Assembly (NCBI RefSeq): GCF_026210795.1
Contig: NC_089429.1
Span: forward strand, 1,426,001 to 1,490,000
Direction: 5' to 3'
DNA length: 64,000 nucleotides
Origin: Rhizophagus irregularis
Lineage: Eukaryota
In this document: one piece after another, positions 32,332 through 44,988 of the stretch
How the letters are laid out: each line of letters begins with the position of its first letter
Numbering within the stretch: position 1 is the first letter of the stretch
Made by a program: the position numbers and the translations under genes
The notes under the pieces: model-generated
The model's input: the letters and a program-made list of their open reading frames with translations, nothing else
What the model was told of the DNA's origin: nothing
Databases searched by the model: none

Positions 32332-33780
32332 ATGGAAAAGATGCTCGAACCAAGTGAAAAATTTATGCAAAAACTAAGTATAGGGGAAGTAGAAGAACCA
32401 ATTTGGGAAAATATGGTAAAATTACTATTAGAATACCAAGATATTTTGGAATACGATGAGGAAATAGAAGGAAGAATAAAAGCAGCGCAACATGAGATAA
32501 AAATAAAAGATGGGGTAGAACCAATAAAGCAAAGAAGATACAAAGAAACGGATGAAAAGGCAAAATTTATAAGCAAAGAAGTGGATAAATTGTTAAGACA
32601 GGGAAGGATAAGGAAATCAAAAAGTCCATGGAGTTCACCTGTTACACTAGCAGGGAAGAAAACGGGAAAATATAGATTCTGTATTGATTACAGAAAGTTA
32701 AACAAGATAACTATAATGGATAGTTTTCCTTTACCAAGAATGGATGAATTATTAGACAAATACAGGAAAGCAAAATGGTTTTCAAGTATAGATTTAGCGG
32801 CAGGATTTAATCAAGTAGAAATGAAAGAAGAAGACAAAGAAAAAACAGCATTTGTATGTTCAAAAGGATTATTTGAGTATAATGTAATGCCGTTCGGTTT
32901 AACGAATGCACCAGCAACATTTCAAAGATTAATGGATGAAATATTAGAAGAATACATAAACGATTTTGTAGTAGTATATATCGATGATATTATGATATAT
33001 TCAGAAAATTTGAAAGACCATATGGAACATGTGGAAAAAGTATTAAAGAAGCTACAGGAGAATAATTTAATAATAAAATTAAAGAAATGTAGATTTCTGG
33101 AAAGAAACATAGAATTTTTAGGACATATAGTAGGAAATGATGGATTAAGGCCAGACGATAAAAAGATAGAAAAGATAAAAGAAATGAAGGCACCAACAAC
33201 AGTGAAAGAAGTAAGATCATTTTTAGGACTTTGTTCATATTACAGAAAATTTGTGAAGAATTTTTCAAAGATAGCAAGACCAATAAGTGATTTGAGAAAG
33301 AAGGGGATACCTTTCATTTGGGGAAGAGAACAACAAGATGCATTTGAAAAATTGAAAGAAAAATTAATACAATATCCAATATTGCGGCATCCAGATTGGA
33401 AGAAAGAATTTCTATTAATAACAGATGCATCAGGAAAAGGATTGGGTGCAGTATTAAGTCAAAAGGATGAAAAAGGGAAAGAAGTAGTAATAGCATATGC
33501 AAGCAGAAGCTTATTACCAGCAGAAGAAAATTATCCGATAACAGAATTGGAATGTTTACTAGGAATAGTTTGGGGAATTCAACATTTTCATAAATATTTA
33601 ATCGATAGAAAATTTAAAGTAATAACAAATCACAGTGCATTAAAAGGATTAATGAATGCAAAGATACTGAAAGGAAAAAGAGCAAGATGGGTAATGGAAT
33701 TACAGCAATATAATTTTGAAGTAATACATAGATCAGGAAAAGAAAATACGAATGCTGACGCATTAAGTAGGTTATTAAAG
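32332..33780 (+). CDS. pol: Reverse transcriptase and RNase H
   Basis: SPWSSP, RFCIDYRKLN, MPFGLTNAPATFQ, YIDD, FLGH, ITDASGKGLGAVLSQ, NADALSR. Confidence 0.95.
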
Positions 33781-34920
33781 ATAGTAGAGGATCAACCAGA
33801 AATAGTAATAATCGATGGAGTAGCACAGGTCGAAAAGTGAAAAATCAGGCATCAATCAGTCACCAATCGGTCACCAATCAGGTACCTGATTGGTGACCGA
33901 TTGGTGACTGATTGGCATTTTCGCCAAATACCATCACCAATCAGGCAGTTTGCTAACTTTTGATCCAGTGATCAGAAAAGAATGAAATATAGCTCATTGG
34001 AATCGTCTCAGCAAGACGAATCTAATGGTAGTAAAATCGCATTTCTAGGATTAATAGTTAATAAAAAATTAAATAAAATATAAATGATACATTTTTATTT
34101 TTATATTTTACTTAATTTCTCATCAAGTATTAATCCTAGAAATGAGATTTTACTACCATTAGATTCGTCATGTTGAGACGATTCCAATGAGCTATATTTC
34201 ATTCTTTTCTGATCACTGGATCAAAAGTTAGCAAACTGCCTGATTGGTGACGGTATTTGGCGAAAATGCCAATCAGGCACCGATTGGTGCCTGATTTTTC
34301 ACTTTTCGACCTGTGTAGATGGATTAGGAAAAACAAGTATAGTACAAAATCTAATTAAAGAATGGGAAAAGCAAGGATTAAAAGTAAGATTCAACACTTA
34401 TAAGAGAAGAAGAAAAGATAAAGATGAATTTTATGAATCAAAGATGGAGACAGAATGGAAATTCAGAAAAGAAGTAGTGGAACAAATAAACAGAAGAATG
34501 TTAGAATATGATGAAGATACAGATATAATAATTTTAGATAAATCACCATATTGTGAATATTATTATCAAAAGACGAAAAGTTTTGACAGAGGATTAATTA
34601 CTCCACATGGAAATCATGAGATGGAAAAAGAAATATTCAGATTGAAAGAAACGATAGATAAATCAATAGTGATATTTCTAGAAAAAGATGGCTATGTATG
34701 TTAGAAAAATTACATCGGAAGAGAAACAAAGAAGATGGAAAAATCATCATATCCAACATTAAAGAAGGATGAATATTTGGACATGGTTAAAATGTTTGAA
34801 GAAAATCAGAGTGTGTACAAAGATACCAAAAGATACAGTTGAGTAAAAGTTAAAAACGACAATAGTAGCTGGAGAAAAGTATTTAAAGAAGTGGAGAAAT
34901 GGAGAAGAGCACAGGACTAA
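33781..34920 (+). pseudogene. Thymidylate/deoxynucleoside-kinase-like P-loop domain fused in frame after RNase H, interrupted by a MITE and two stops
   Basis: Excising 33824-34318 gives EIVIIDGVDGLGKTSIVQNL. Downstream: IIILDKSPYCEYYY and IVIFLE. Confidence 0.75.
33824..34315. mobile_element. Palindromic (foldback) MITE, 492 bp
   Basis: CACAGGTCGAAAAGTG...CACTTTTCGACCTGTG with arms of about 200 bp; 3-bp TSD TAG. Confidence 0.9.
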
Positions 34921-34980
34921 AAATATAGAACACATAACGAAAATAACAAATTTAGAAGTGAAATCAATTAAAGAAGTATT

Positions 34981-36207
34981 ATGGAAGAAAATAATTACAA
35001 GATAATAATTGACAATATCGAAAAGGAGAATAAATATGAATTGAAAGAGGGAATTCTATATAGAGTAAAAGGACAAAACAAATTTAGAGTAATCAGGGAT
35101 TATGAATATGAAGGATTGATGTACATGATGCATGATAATGAATTATCAGGACATTTTGGAATAGAAGCGACATTAGATAGAATAAAAGAAAATTATTGGT
35201 GGAAAAATATGAAGGAAGATGTAGAAGAATATGTAAGGACATGTTGGAATTGTCAGATGAGAGGAAAACCAAGATGAAAGAACGAATTAACGTCAATAAA
35301 GATAAATGAACCATTCGAAATGATTGGGATAGATATAGTTGGACTATTAAAAGAGACAGAAAAGGGAAATAAGTACATTGTAGTAGCAATGGATTATTTT
35401 ACAAAATGGCCCGAGGCCGCATTACTAAAAGAAGCTACAGCGAAAGAGGTAGTAGAATTTATTTGGAGGGACATAATTTGTAGACATGGGTGTCCAAAGA
35501 AAATAATTAGCGATAGAGGGACTCATTTTAACAATAAAATGATGGAATAATTAGTAGAAAGATGTGGGATAAATCATAGATTAAGTACACCATATAAGCC
35601 ACAAACGAATGGTTTGGTCGAAAGATTCAATAAAACTTTATGCGAAGGATTAGCCAAATTAGGAGAAGAAAATTGGGATAAACATATACCATCCGTATTA
35701 TTTGCATATAGGACAAAGAAGCAATCATCAACAAGAATTAAACCTTTTTATGCAACATACGGAAGGAGAGCGAAACTACCATTAGATAAAGACGAAAATA
35801 AAATAACATTAGCTGACAGAGTAAAGATATTAATTGAGGAGCTACCAGTAATAAGAAGAAAAATAAAAGAAAATGTGGAAGAAGCTCAAGAAAAACAAAA
35901 ACAACAACATGACAAAAGAGGAATTAGGAAACCTAAATTTGAAATAGGAGAAAAAGTATTATTATATGAAGCATGGAGAGAGAAACAATGGTCTGGAAAA
36001 TTACAGAACAAATGGAAAGGACCATATTTAATTCACGAAGAATTTGGAAATGGAGCGTACAAACTCAAAGAATTGGACGGAAGAATACTAAAAACACCAC
36101 AAAATGGAGAATGGTTAAAGAAATTTTATGATCGAGGGAGATTTACACCAAAAATAGTAATTAAAGGAAAAGAGGTATTCGATAAGACCCGAGTTCGATT
36201 CGATTGA
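34981..36207 (+). pseudogene. Gypsy integrase (HHCC, DDE, GPY/F) with two in-frame stops
   Basis: HDNELSGH...CWNC, IGIDIVG, ISDRG, VERFN, WKGPY. Stops at 35275 and 35548. Confidence 0.9.
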
Positions 36208-36269
36208 AATTATTATGGATAAGACACGAGTTCGATTCTATTAAAGTTATTTGTGAGGTCACAAATAGC

Positions 36270-36280
36270 GAAGAGGGGGA
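36270..36280 (+). promoter_or_regulatory. Polypurine tract
   Basis: gaagaggggga lies 3 nt upstream of the 3' LTR. Confidence 0.8.
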
Positions 36281-36283
36281 TAA

Positions 36284-37366
36284 TGTAAACGGTCGAATAT
36301 CAAGCGTGAAAAGATGATAAAATTCAACCACCAAATGTAATTGTCAAATATTAAGAACGAACAAATTAATTATGAATTGGCGTAGATGGATAAATAATTA
36401 GCCGAAAAGGATAAACATTTAGGAAGAGTAATGATCTACATGATGTAATATTTGTCAAATGATTGACAAAGAACCAATAGAATAATTAGAGTCGATCAAT
36501 TGCGGCTTAGCAATCTTTAACAATAAGAACAATTAGAAAGAATAATTATAAGGCACAAAAGATAGATTATAAGCAAAACACATAAAGCGAATTGAAAGAA
36601 CATATAAAATAATGTCAGAAAGATTAAAGAACATAAAATAATATAAAAGATAATATAAAAAGATAGTATAAAGATGGAATATAAAAGATAACAAATTAAA
36701 AAGAACATATATAAAAAGATAGCATATTAAAAGATAGCGTATTTAAAATATAGATAGCATATTAGAAAGATAGTTCAAAGATAACATGTAAAAAGAACAT
36801 AAAAGATAGTATATAGATAGAATAGAAAGTAGCATAAAAATTTGTATAAATAGAGAGCGGAATTTAAAGTAATTCCACAGTTCTCATCCACAGAACTCAA
36901 TAAAAATATAAGTTTCATTTAATTATTTGTTAGTGAAGTTTAATGTTAATTAAAGGTAATAGGTTCGCCCTAAACTTTAATTAATGTTTGCTTAATTAAT
37001 TTTAATTGAATAAATGGAAATTTTAAGATGAATTAAATATACACTTTTGGAAAGTAATAATTCGTAGCGAGAGCTATCGAAGTTTGAAATTAAAGGTAAA
37101 AGTGGATATAATTTGGGGAAAATTTAGAGAAGTTAATTTTATTTTATATCGTTTGATGTTTTATATTACTAACGCTATTTATGTCATGAACCAAGAATGT
37201 TGTTATATATTGTTCGTTGATTATGTTGTTTGTTAATTATGCTGTTGATTATTTGCTCGTTTGTTCAATTGTTCGTTCGCTCGTTCATTCGTTCGTTCGA
37301 CCATGGAAATGCCCGTTTGATGTGGCAACTCTGTAAGTTGATGACAGAGGGAATTGGGGGATCTCA
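36284..37366 (+). repeat. 3' LTR
   Basis: 1083 bp, TG...CA, followed by TSD CCGC. Confidence 0.95.
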
Positions 37367-40300
37367 CCGCGGTCCTAAAAAAAACAAAAAATCGAAACGT
37401 TAGACACGTTTCGTTAAAAACAAACAATTAAAAAAATTTTGAAGGTTTACCTTCAAAATTCCCGTCCGTGAGCCATCCAGAAAGCCGCGATCCTAAAAAA
37501 AAATAAAAAATTGAAACGTTAGGTACGTTTCGTTAAAAAACAAACAATTAAAAAAAAAATTTCGAAATGTTTTTTAATGTTTCGTTAAAAAATGAAAAAA
37601 TTGGAATGTTAGCCAACGTTCCGATAAAAAAATTAAAAAAAAAATTATTTCGGAATATTAAAAAACGTTCCGATTAAAAAATTAAAAAAAAAAATATTAC
37701 GATACGTTAAAAAACGTTTCGTTAAAAGAAGAAAAAATAAAAAAATCAGAACGTTAGCCAACGTTCCGATTAAAAGGAATGAAAAAAAAATGTTATTAAC
37801 GAAACGTTATAAACGTTTCGTTAAAACAAGAAAAAAAAATGTAAATCGGAACGTTAGCCAACGTTCCGATTAGAAAAAAAGAAAAAAAAAAGTTATTTAC
37901 AAAACGTTTTTCAACGTTTCGTTAAAAAAATGTAATAAAAAAAAATAATTGGAACGTTAGCTAACATTCCGATTAAAAAAAAAATAAAAAAAATTTATTT
38001 TCGAAACGTTAAAAAATGTTTCATTAAGAAAAATGAAAAAACAAAAAATCGGAACGTTAGCCAACGTTTCGATTAAAAAAAAAAATAAAAAAAATTTATT
38101 TTCGAAACGTTAAAAAACGTTTCGTTAAGAAAAATGAAAAAAAAAATTATTTTCGAAACGTTAAAAAATGTTTCGTTAAAAAATGAAATAAAAATGTAAA
38201 TCGGCACGTTAGCCAACGTTCCGATTAAAAAAATATGAAAAAAAGAAATATTTTGAAACGTTTTTTGACGTTTCGTTAAAAAATAAAATAAAAAAACAAA
38301 TCGGAACGTTTATTAGCCAACATTTCGGGATGAAAATGAAAGGGAAAATGGAACGAAGTGAAAGGGAAAAGTGAAAGGGACGAAAGGGAAGAACGAAAGG
38401 GAAGGGGAGAACAAAGGGAAATGGGGATAATCCGTTTTTATATTCCATCTTTCCGTAAAGACTCTTCTCTCTGGAATTAAATAACCTTAATTACGGAATT
38501 TATCATTTTCCGTGAATGGATCTATAAAAGGCTCATTTTTACGGGTTTTTACAGAAATAACGGATAGAACTTTTTATATGGATGAAGGGAGAACGAAAGG
38601 ATTATGGGAAAATGAAAGGGAAGGGGAGAACGAAAGGGCAATGGAAAACGAAAGGGAAGGGGAGAAACGAAGCAAAAAAAAATTAAGCTTTGCCAAAAAA
38701 AGCTTAATTATTTTTTTTGCCATACCGCAGCCGCAGCGGTAATTATTAAATCCAATATCACGTGATACACGTGATATAAAGTATTCCGAAATAAATGTTT
38801 TTTAGATATTAATTTTAATATGTATATATATATATTTAAATTAAATAGTACAGTGGTTAGATTGTGAGATAACTAATAGTATTATGTTGATGTATTCGGT
38901 TCGGTTCCTAAGGTGAGTAAAAATAAATAATATAATTTAATTAAAATATATATATATATAATCGTGTTAATATATGGCGTTGAACTACACATTAGAGTTG
39001 AACAACGCGTATATTAACATTATGCGTTGATATACTCCAGTATACGGGTGTTGATTAATAATATTGTTAATCGCGTTGAATAACTAGCTGGTGTTGATCA
39101 ACGCATATACTGGTGTGAATCAACGCTTTTCAAACTTGCTGATGTTATTAATTCTTTTTTTCTTTCCATAAAAATGTATAAGATCCGAAAGCTCTTCTTC
39201 ACATAGTTTTGTAAAGCATTTTTATCATTTTTATCAAGCGGCACTTCATGAGGATCAAAAATTCGTAAAGAATAATATAAATTTTCATTAGGAAATCTTG
39301 TTCACAAATTTGTAATAACTTTTTCAGCATAATGTTTAATAAAATTTAATTAACAAATATAATTGAGCAAAAATTTATTAGTAATTAATTTAATAAATAA
39401 GTTAAAAATAAAATAGCCTGGCAAATCTTCAGGGTGTAATTCTAACTCATCTATTAACTTTCGCAAATGGGTACCATACTTCGGTAAGACATCTGCAGAT
39501 CCAATAAAATTTGCGGTTATAGATTCATATGCCATTTCGAGTTGTGATCATAAAGAAATATAATCAAATTGAAAAACCAATATAATTTTTTTTAAAATAA
39601 AAAAAAATATCAGCAAAAAATTTTGTAATAATAAGAAATTCGGTATCCACATTGCATTAAATAAGAATTTAGCCGTATTAGATGAATTAATATCATGTTG
39701 TAATGCTTTTTGAATGGGTTCAATTATTTGGTGAAAATTGTTAATTACATTAGACCATGATAGCCATCATGTATCACATACATTAAGAATTGTTAAATCA
39801 GAAACTTCCATATCTTCTTTGATTTTTTTTAATTCATACATTCGCTTATATGAATTAGAAAAATAAGAATAAATTCCTTTAATTATAGTTTTATAATGTG
39901 CGAAATATGGTGTTTCATTTGCAGCTTCTTCTGAAGCTAAGTGTAAGCGATGTGCAACACAATATGTTGATGTAATAAAATTATTAAGTTTTTTTAGTTG
40001 AGTTGCAACACCATTACGAATGCCTAAGTAAAATGATAAAAAATATATATATATATATATTATTAAATTATATATTTTTGATTAATTAATTATTATTTAA
40101 TAATTACCTGTCATGGTTGCAGCTCCGTCACTACCAAAATGTCTTAATTTCGTTATATCCAGTTCTTTTTGAGTTATAAAAAGGTTTATTACATTCATAA
40201 TTCCATCAGCCGATGCATCTGTTATTTGTGTCAATCCAAGAAAATGAAAATAGGTCCACCATTTACTAAATGTTTCGAAACTAATGCAATAGTTTTTTCA

Positions 40301-41699
40301 GATATAACATTTGTATTGCTTTCATCAATAAGTAAACTCTAACATGGTGATTCTTTAACCTTAGCAACAACGCTTTCTTCAACAATAGTAAATATAGAAA
40401 AAAGTAATTCTCTTTCTGCAACTGCATTTTTATAAAGTGCATAATTATTAGTTGAAGATGATGAAGTTGTAATTTCAGAATGATTTTGAAGAAGAGGTGG
40501 ATGAAGATTTTGGATAAAATTTTCATCCCCAGTTTGATATTGATAATTAATTTGATATGTAATTAAATCACAAAGAGATCCATAATTATTAAGTGCTATA
40601 TTACGTTGTGTTAAATAATATACATTACGCATACAACAAATAATTAATGCTTGATTATGGTTCATTTGTTGCATAAAGCCTTCTTTAATTGTCAACTGAT
40701 CTGAATTTTTTGCATTAATTGCTTTTATATGCATTTCAATACAATCTTCCTTTAACCACTCCAAACCAGTAGTTGTCCACACACTAGAACTATTTGCATT
40801 TTTGCATATTTTACAAAACATAACTTCTTTTCCATTTCTTTTTTCACAATATAACCATGGATATTTGAAAGGCCAAGATGGATTCCATTTAAGGTTATCT
40901 TTTTCTAAACGTGAATATTTATTTTTTTTTATTTTTATTTTTCGCCTTAAATAATCTCATTTAATTCTCCTTCACTATTAATTTCATTATCTTCAACATC
41001 ACTAATTTGAATAACCTCTGTATTTTTATCATTTTGACTTCTTTTTTTTGTTGGTTTGTCAGTTTTTTTCTCTTGAGGAGTATAATTATTTAGATATTTT
41101 GTGATATCTTCCATTCTTATTATGCTTAAAAAAAAGAAAAATTAGATTATCATATCATTTATCTAATACAAATATATATACGATGTATATCAAATTTTTT
41201 TGTGCACGGAATAAAATTTTTTGTGCACGAAAATGTGCACTATTATTTGTGCACTATGGATAAACCACATGTGAAAAAAAATTGGTGTATGGCAGTCTGC
41301 CAGATGATCAGTAATTGAAAGGAACCAATAAATTAATTAGCATAACGAAAACAATTTTTAAGAGTATTGGATATCATTTAAGGATCTTATAGAAAAAGCT
41401 TTAATTTTTAGCAGCGCTGAAAATTTTGATGATAGTCATGTATCAATTATTAAGTATTATTTGATTCTTGCATCAAATCATTAAGTTTAGCATTATTTGA
41501 AGACTTTTTTATTTAATATAATAATTACAAACATGCTATTATTTTATGTATTTATTATAGCTTTGAAGGATATCGGAATGTGAATTATTATTCTGTGAAT
41601 GAAAATAAAAAACTCATTAATCATTATTGACTAAAAAAGGAAAAGAAATTAATAAATTTTGTATTTACGACTAAAAAAGAAAAAAAAAATTAATAAATT

Positions 41700-42477
41700 T
41701 TGTACTTACCATTTCGATCTTCTGTATTTAGAGTATTCGTATTTTGAGTATTCTGGCTCTCATGTGCTATAAAATAATTAAGAAAATCAATAAAAATTTA
41801 TAATTTGATTAAACTTTTATACTTTACATACTATTCCTTCTGCTTCGTCTGCGTTGAGTTATATTAACACCAATTGAAGCCTGTACAAACTGATCATCTA
41901 GAAACATATTAAATCATATTAAATAAAACAATTTACCTCTTTAATATAATCATTTTGTTGATTATATAATGTTGTTAGATTTAAAAGTTCTTACCTGGTT
42001 TCTCCCAAAACCGTGTATTCATGACTTCAAAAAAAATGGCACCAGCACGGCTTCTTGCTCCTCTTGGATCGTTTGCAATCACTAATAATTGATCCTAAAG
42101 TATTAAGTGTTAAATAAGTATTAATAAGTATTAAAATTACTATTACAACAAATTTTTATTAATATTTAACTCACGTGATAACCGGTCACTAATCCATTGA
42201 ATTTTGTTTAGCACTGTTTGCCCGAATAATTGCTCCCACACCTCTCATTTACTTTATTCGCAACGGAATTCCAGAAATTTTTTCTACTTCTTCCTGCAAT
42301 TTGATAATGGTACTCGAAGTTTCTTGACCTCCGCTGCTCAATCAAAGCAGCGATTTGGTCATCCGACCACTCCACCCGGCCAGAAGAATAAGTTATAGTG
42401 TCAAAAATGGAGGTAGTATTGACATTGATAGTATTGGTATCATTGACGGTGGTTGAATCAGTTGAAGATGAGGACAT
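41700..42477 (-). pseudogene. Myb/SANT-like DNA-binding protein, spliced, with an internal stop
   Basis: VEWSDDQIAALIEQRR...RKNFWNSVANKVNERCGSNYSGKQC*TKFNGL; GT-AG introns follow. 3' end approximate. Confidence 0.65.
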
Positions 42478-44691
42478 TGTTTGAAATTTTGTTAAAAAAT
42501 TGTTTAGAATATTTGGAAACATATTTGATAAAAAAAAATGTATTGATTATAAAAAAAAATATGTATTGATTATTAATTAGTATTGATTATCAAAAAAATG
42601 CGAGAAAGTTCTTGTAACAATTCTAATTATGCCATTCAATTATCATGATATTACATCATTTCATTTTTTAATTATTAGTACAATTTTTAATGTAACACCA
42701 TTTCAAAATGATTTCGTTGATTCATGATATTATATCATAAAATTCACAAAACATAGAATTCGTAAAACTCCGTCTCTTGTCCATTAAAAGTGATTAAAAT
42801 GTCGATCTTCCATTGTTTTCCATCGTACAAAAAAAAAAATTAGCCATTAAAAGTGATTAAAAATTTTGTAAATTAGGCCCGGTATTATTCTTACGTAAAA
42901 ATTAACATTTATTTATTACGACTTACTAATGTGAAAAAAAATTAATTAATTTTATTAATTTTACATCTCGGATTGATTTAATGTTAATTTTCAAATGTTG
43001 AATTAATGTTGAACGCGTTAAATGAATTCGTTGAGCAAAAATTATGCTTATGTAATATGCGATTAATAATTTTTCATTTGATAAAAGTCACGAGACATAC
43101 TATCTTCTTGCTTATATTATACACGATTATCACTAAGCTTGAAATGGAAATCAAATGTGTCATCATTTTCTTTATTTGGTGTGGCATACTACAAGTTAAA
43201 TCTTCTATTCAAAGGTATAATCGACAAATATTTTTGTTTTCCTACCGTAATATTTCTAAATTTTGTAGCTCGACATAATATCCTATGAACTGCTAACAGG
43301 GAATCACAACCTTCTTGAAAGTATTTGGCTTTCCATAATTCAGTATTTGATATTTTTGGCTCCATAAAACTATGTTTAAACCGAATACTAGAAGAAGGTG
43401 CAGGTTTATACCACTTGACATATGCTAGGAGTAGAGCTCCGAATCGGATCGGGTAAAATGGGTCACCCGATGGGTTAACCCGAAAAATTCAGATTGGGTA
43501 GGTGAAATATTGATCTAATATCAGGTCGGGTCAAGCCTTTAACCCGATCCGGATAACCCAAGTTAGAGTATATAATAATAAATTCAATTAATTGCTGATC
43601 GTTTGATTATTGTATACTATAAATAAAAATTAACTAACCAAATAAGTAAGTTGATTTACTTGATTATTAATATATATCAATCTAATTTTTTTTTTCACAC
43701 GTCGCTTAAAAATATTTTTTTACAAAATGTAATATTCTTTTACAAAATGTCTAAGCGTCGTTATCGTGAAATTAATGCAGATATAGAAGAAGAAACAACT
43801 GAATTTGCTCCTACCGAGGAAGAAAATCTTAAAGAAGTTGAATCAGAAGATGGATTAGAAAATCAAGCAGAAGGCGGACTACCGGATAATTCAAATTCAG
43901 GTTTAAGTACTTTAGACGAAAATGATAGAAAAGGAAGCTTTGTATGGAATCACTTTGATAAATTTAGAGATAATAATGGTGGTTTATGGGCAAAATGTCA
44001 ATATTGTGGGTAAGAATTAACACAATAGTCAATATATATTTACTAGTAATTGAACAAATTAGATAATTGTTACAATACTTAATAGAGGTGGTAAATATGA
44101 TATGAGTAAAGGTGGATCAACTGGTAATTTAAACCGTCATCTTAATAAAGTACATCCAGAAAAAATCAATCCTTCTATTGCGAAGCAAGCTGAATTTATG
44201 AAAAAATTTATACAGTCAAATGAACAAATAGGAAGTATAATTTATATTAATTTGTTTTATTTTAAAGTAATAATTAATAATTAATTTATATACATTTACA
44301 GAAATTTTCTAATGAGATCTTTCGTAAAAATCTTGCTGAATGGATTGCCGCTGATGATCAGCCGTTCACAGTTGTAGAATCTCCCGAATTTCATCATGTA
44401 ATACATTCTTGCAATCCAATGGCATTCATTCCTTCAGCAGATACAGTGAAAACGGATATTTTAAAGTTATATAAAACCCATCAATCAAATATGCAAGATT
44501 TACTACAGGTTAGTAAATATCAATTGTGATATATTGATATTGATATTACAATTAATTTGATTAAACTACTAATTTATCTTTAATTAAAGAATACTCCAGG
44601 AAAGATAAGTTTTGCAATAGATGCATGGACATCACCTAACATTATTGGATTCCTCGGTATAACTGGACACTTTATTGATGTTGATTGGAAT

Positions 44692-44988
44692 AGGACCCCG
44701 GATATCTAATATAAAGGTCATAATGGACTTTTGGCCAAAAACACCCCTTTTTGCTGAAACTCAAAAAATCGTTTTTTGTAAATATCTCAGCATCCAGTAA
44801 TTCAATTTTAATGAACTTTTTTTTATTTTGTAGCCCTCATTTAGCTCTACAATTTAAAAAAATGTTCTTCAATATTGGACCACTGGATGCCGAGATATTT
44901 ACAAAAAACGATTTTTTGAGCCCCTGAAAAATGGGCCAATCTGCCGAAAGTGTGACTTATGACCTGTTTTGGAGATATCCGGGGTCCT
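44692..44988. mobile_element. MITE with 8-bp TSD
   Basis: AGGACCCCGGATATCT...AGATATCCGGGGTCCT, TSD ATTGGAAT. Excision restores DVDWNLRNV. Confidence 0.88.

Larger units (their letters stand above)
25613..37366 (+). mobile_element. Full-length, decayed Ty3/Gypsy LTR retrotransposon
   Basis: 1083-bp TG...CA LTRs, 4-bp TSD CCGC, PBS-like and PPT sequences, domain order gag-PR-RT-RH-(kinase)-IN. Confidence 0.95.
23574..39144 (-). mobile_element. Non-autonomous 'CATCAG' TIR element copy 2 (inverted), host of the Gypsy insertion
   Basis: Same termini as copy 1. The TT/TT 2-bp TSD is supported by restoration of the host transposase frame. Micro-exon array on the minus strand at about 24080-25600 and 37370-37500. 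Confidence 0.85.
23165..41114 (-). pseudogene. ZNF862-like hAT transposase, intron-containing, split by the CATCAG copy 2 insertion
   Basis: FCKIC zinc finger (about 40820), LLIDES, FGSDGAATMT, CVAHRLHLA, and an ERVFS dimerisation-like motif near 23350. Removing 23574-39144 plus one TT restores YGKKKRINNDEHSLIDDEEVKKEW. 3' end approximate. Confidence 0.75.

Noticed and set aside
28327..33826. Numerous minus-strand ORFs opposite gag/pol (and similar shadow ORFs opposite polB, the ATPase, the integrase and the LINE)
   Set aside because: Antisense shadows of compositionally biased coding strands, with no motifs.
22942..41300. Exact TIR boundaries for the ZNF862-like hAT element
   Set aside because: gtgcac-rich subterminal repeats are present at both ends (about 22960-23050 and 41195-41260), but I could not identify a matching TIR pair with an 8-bp TSD.
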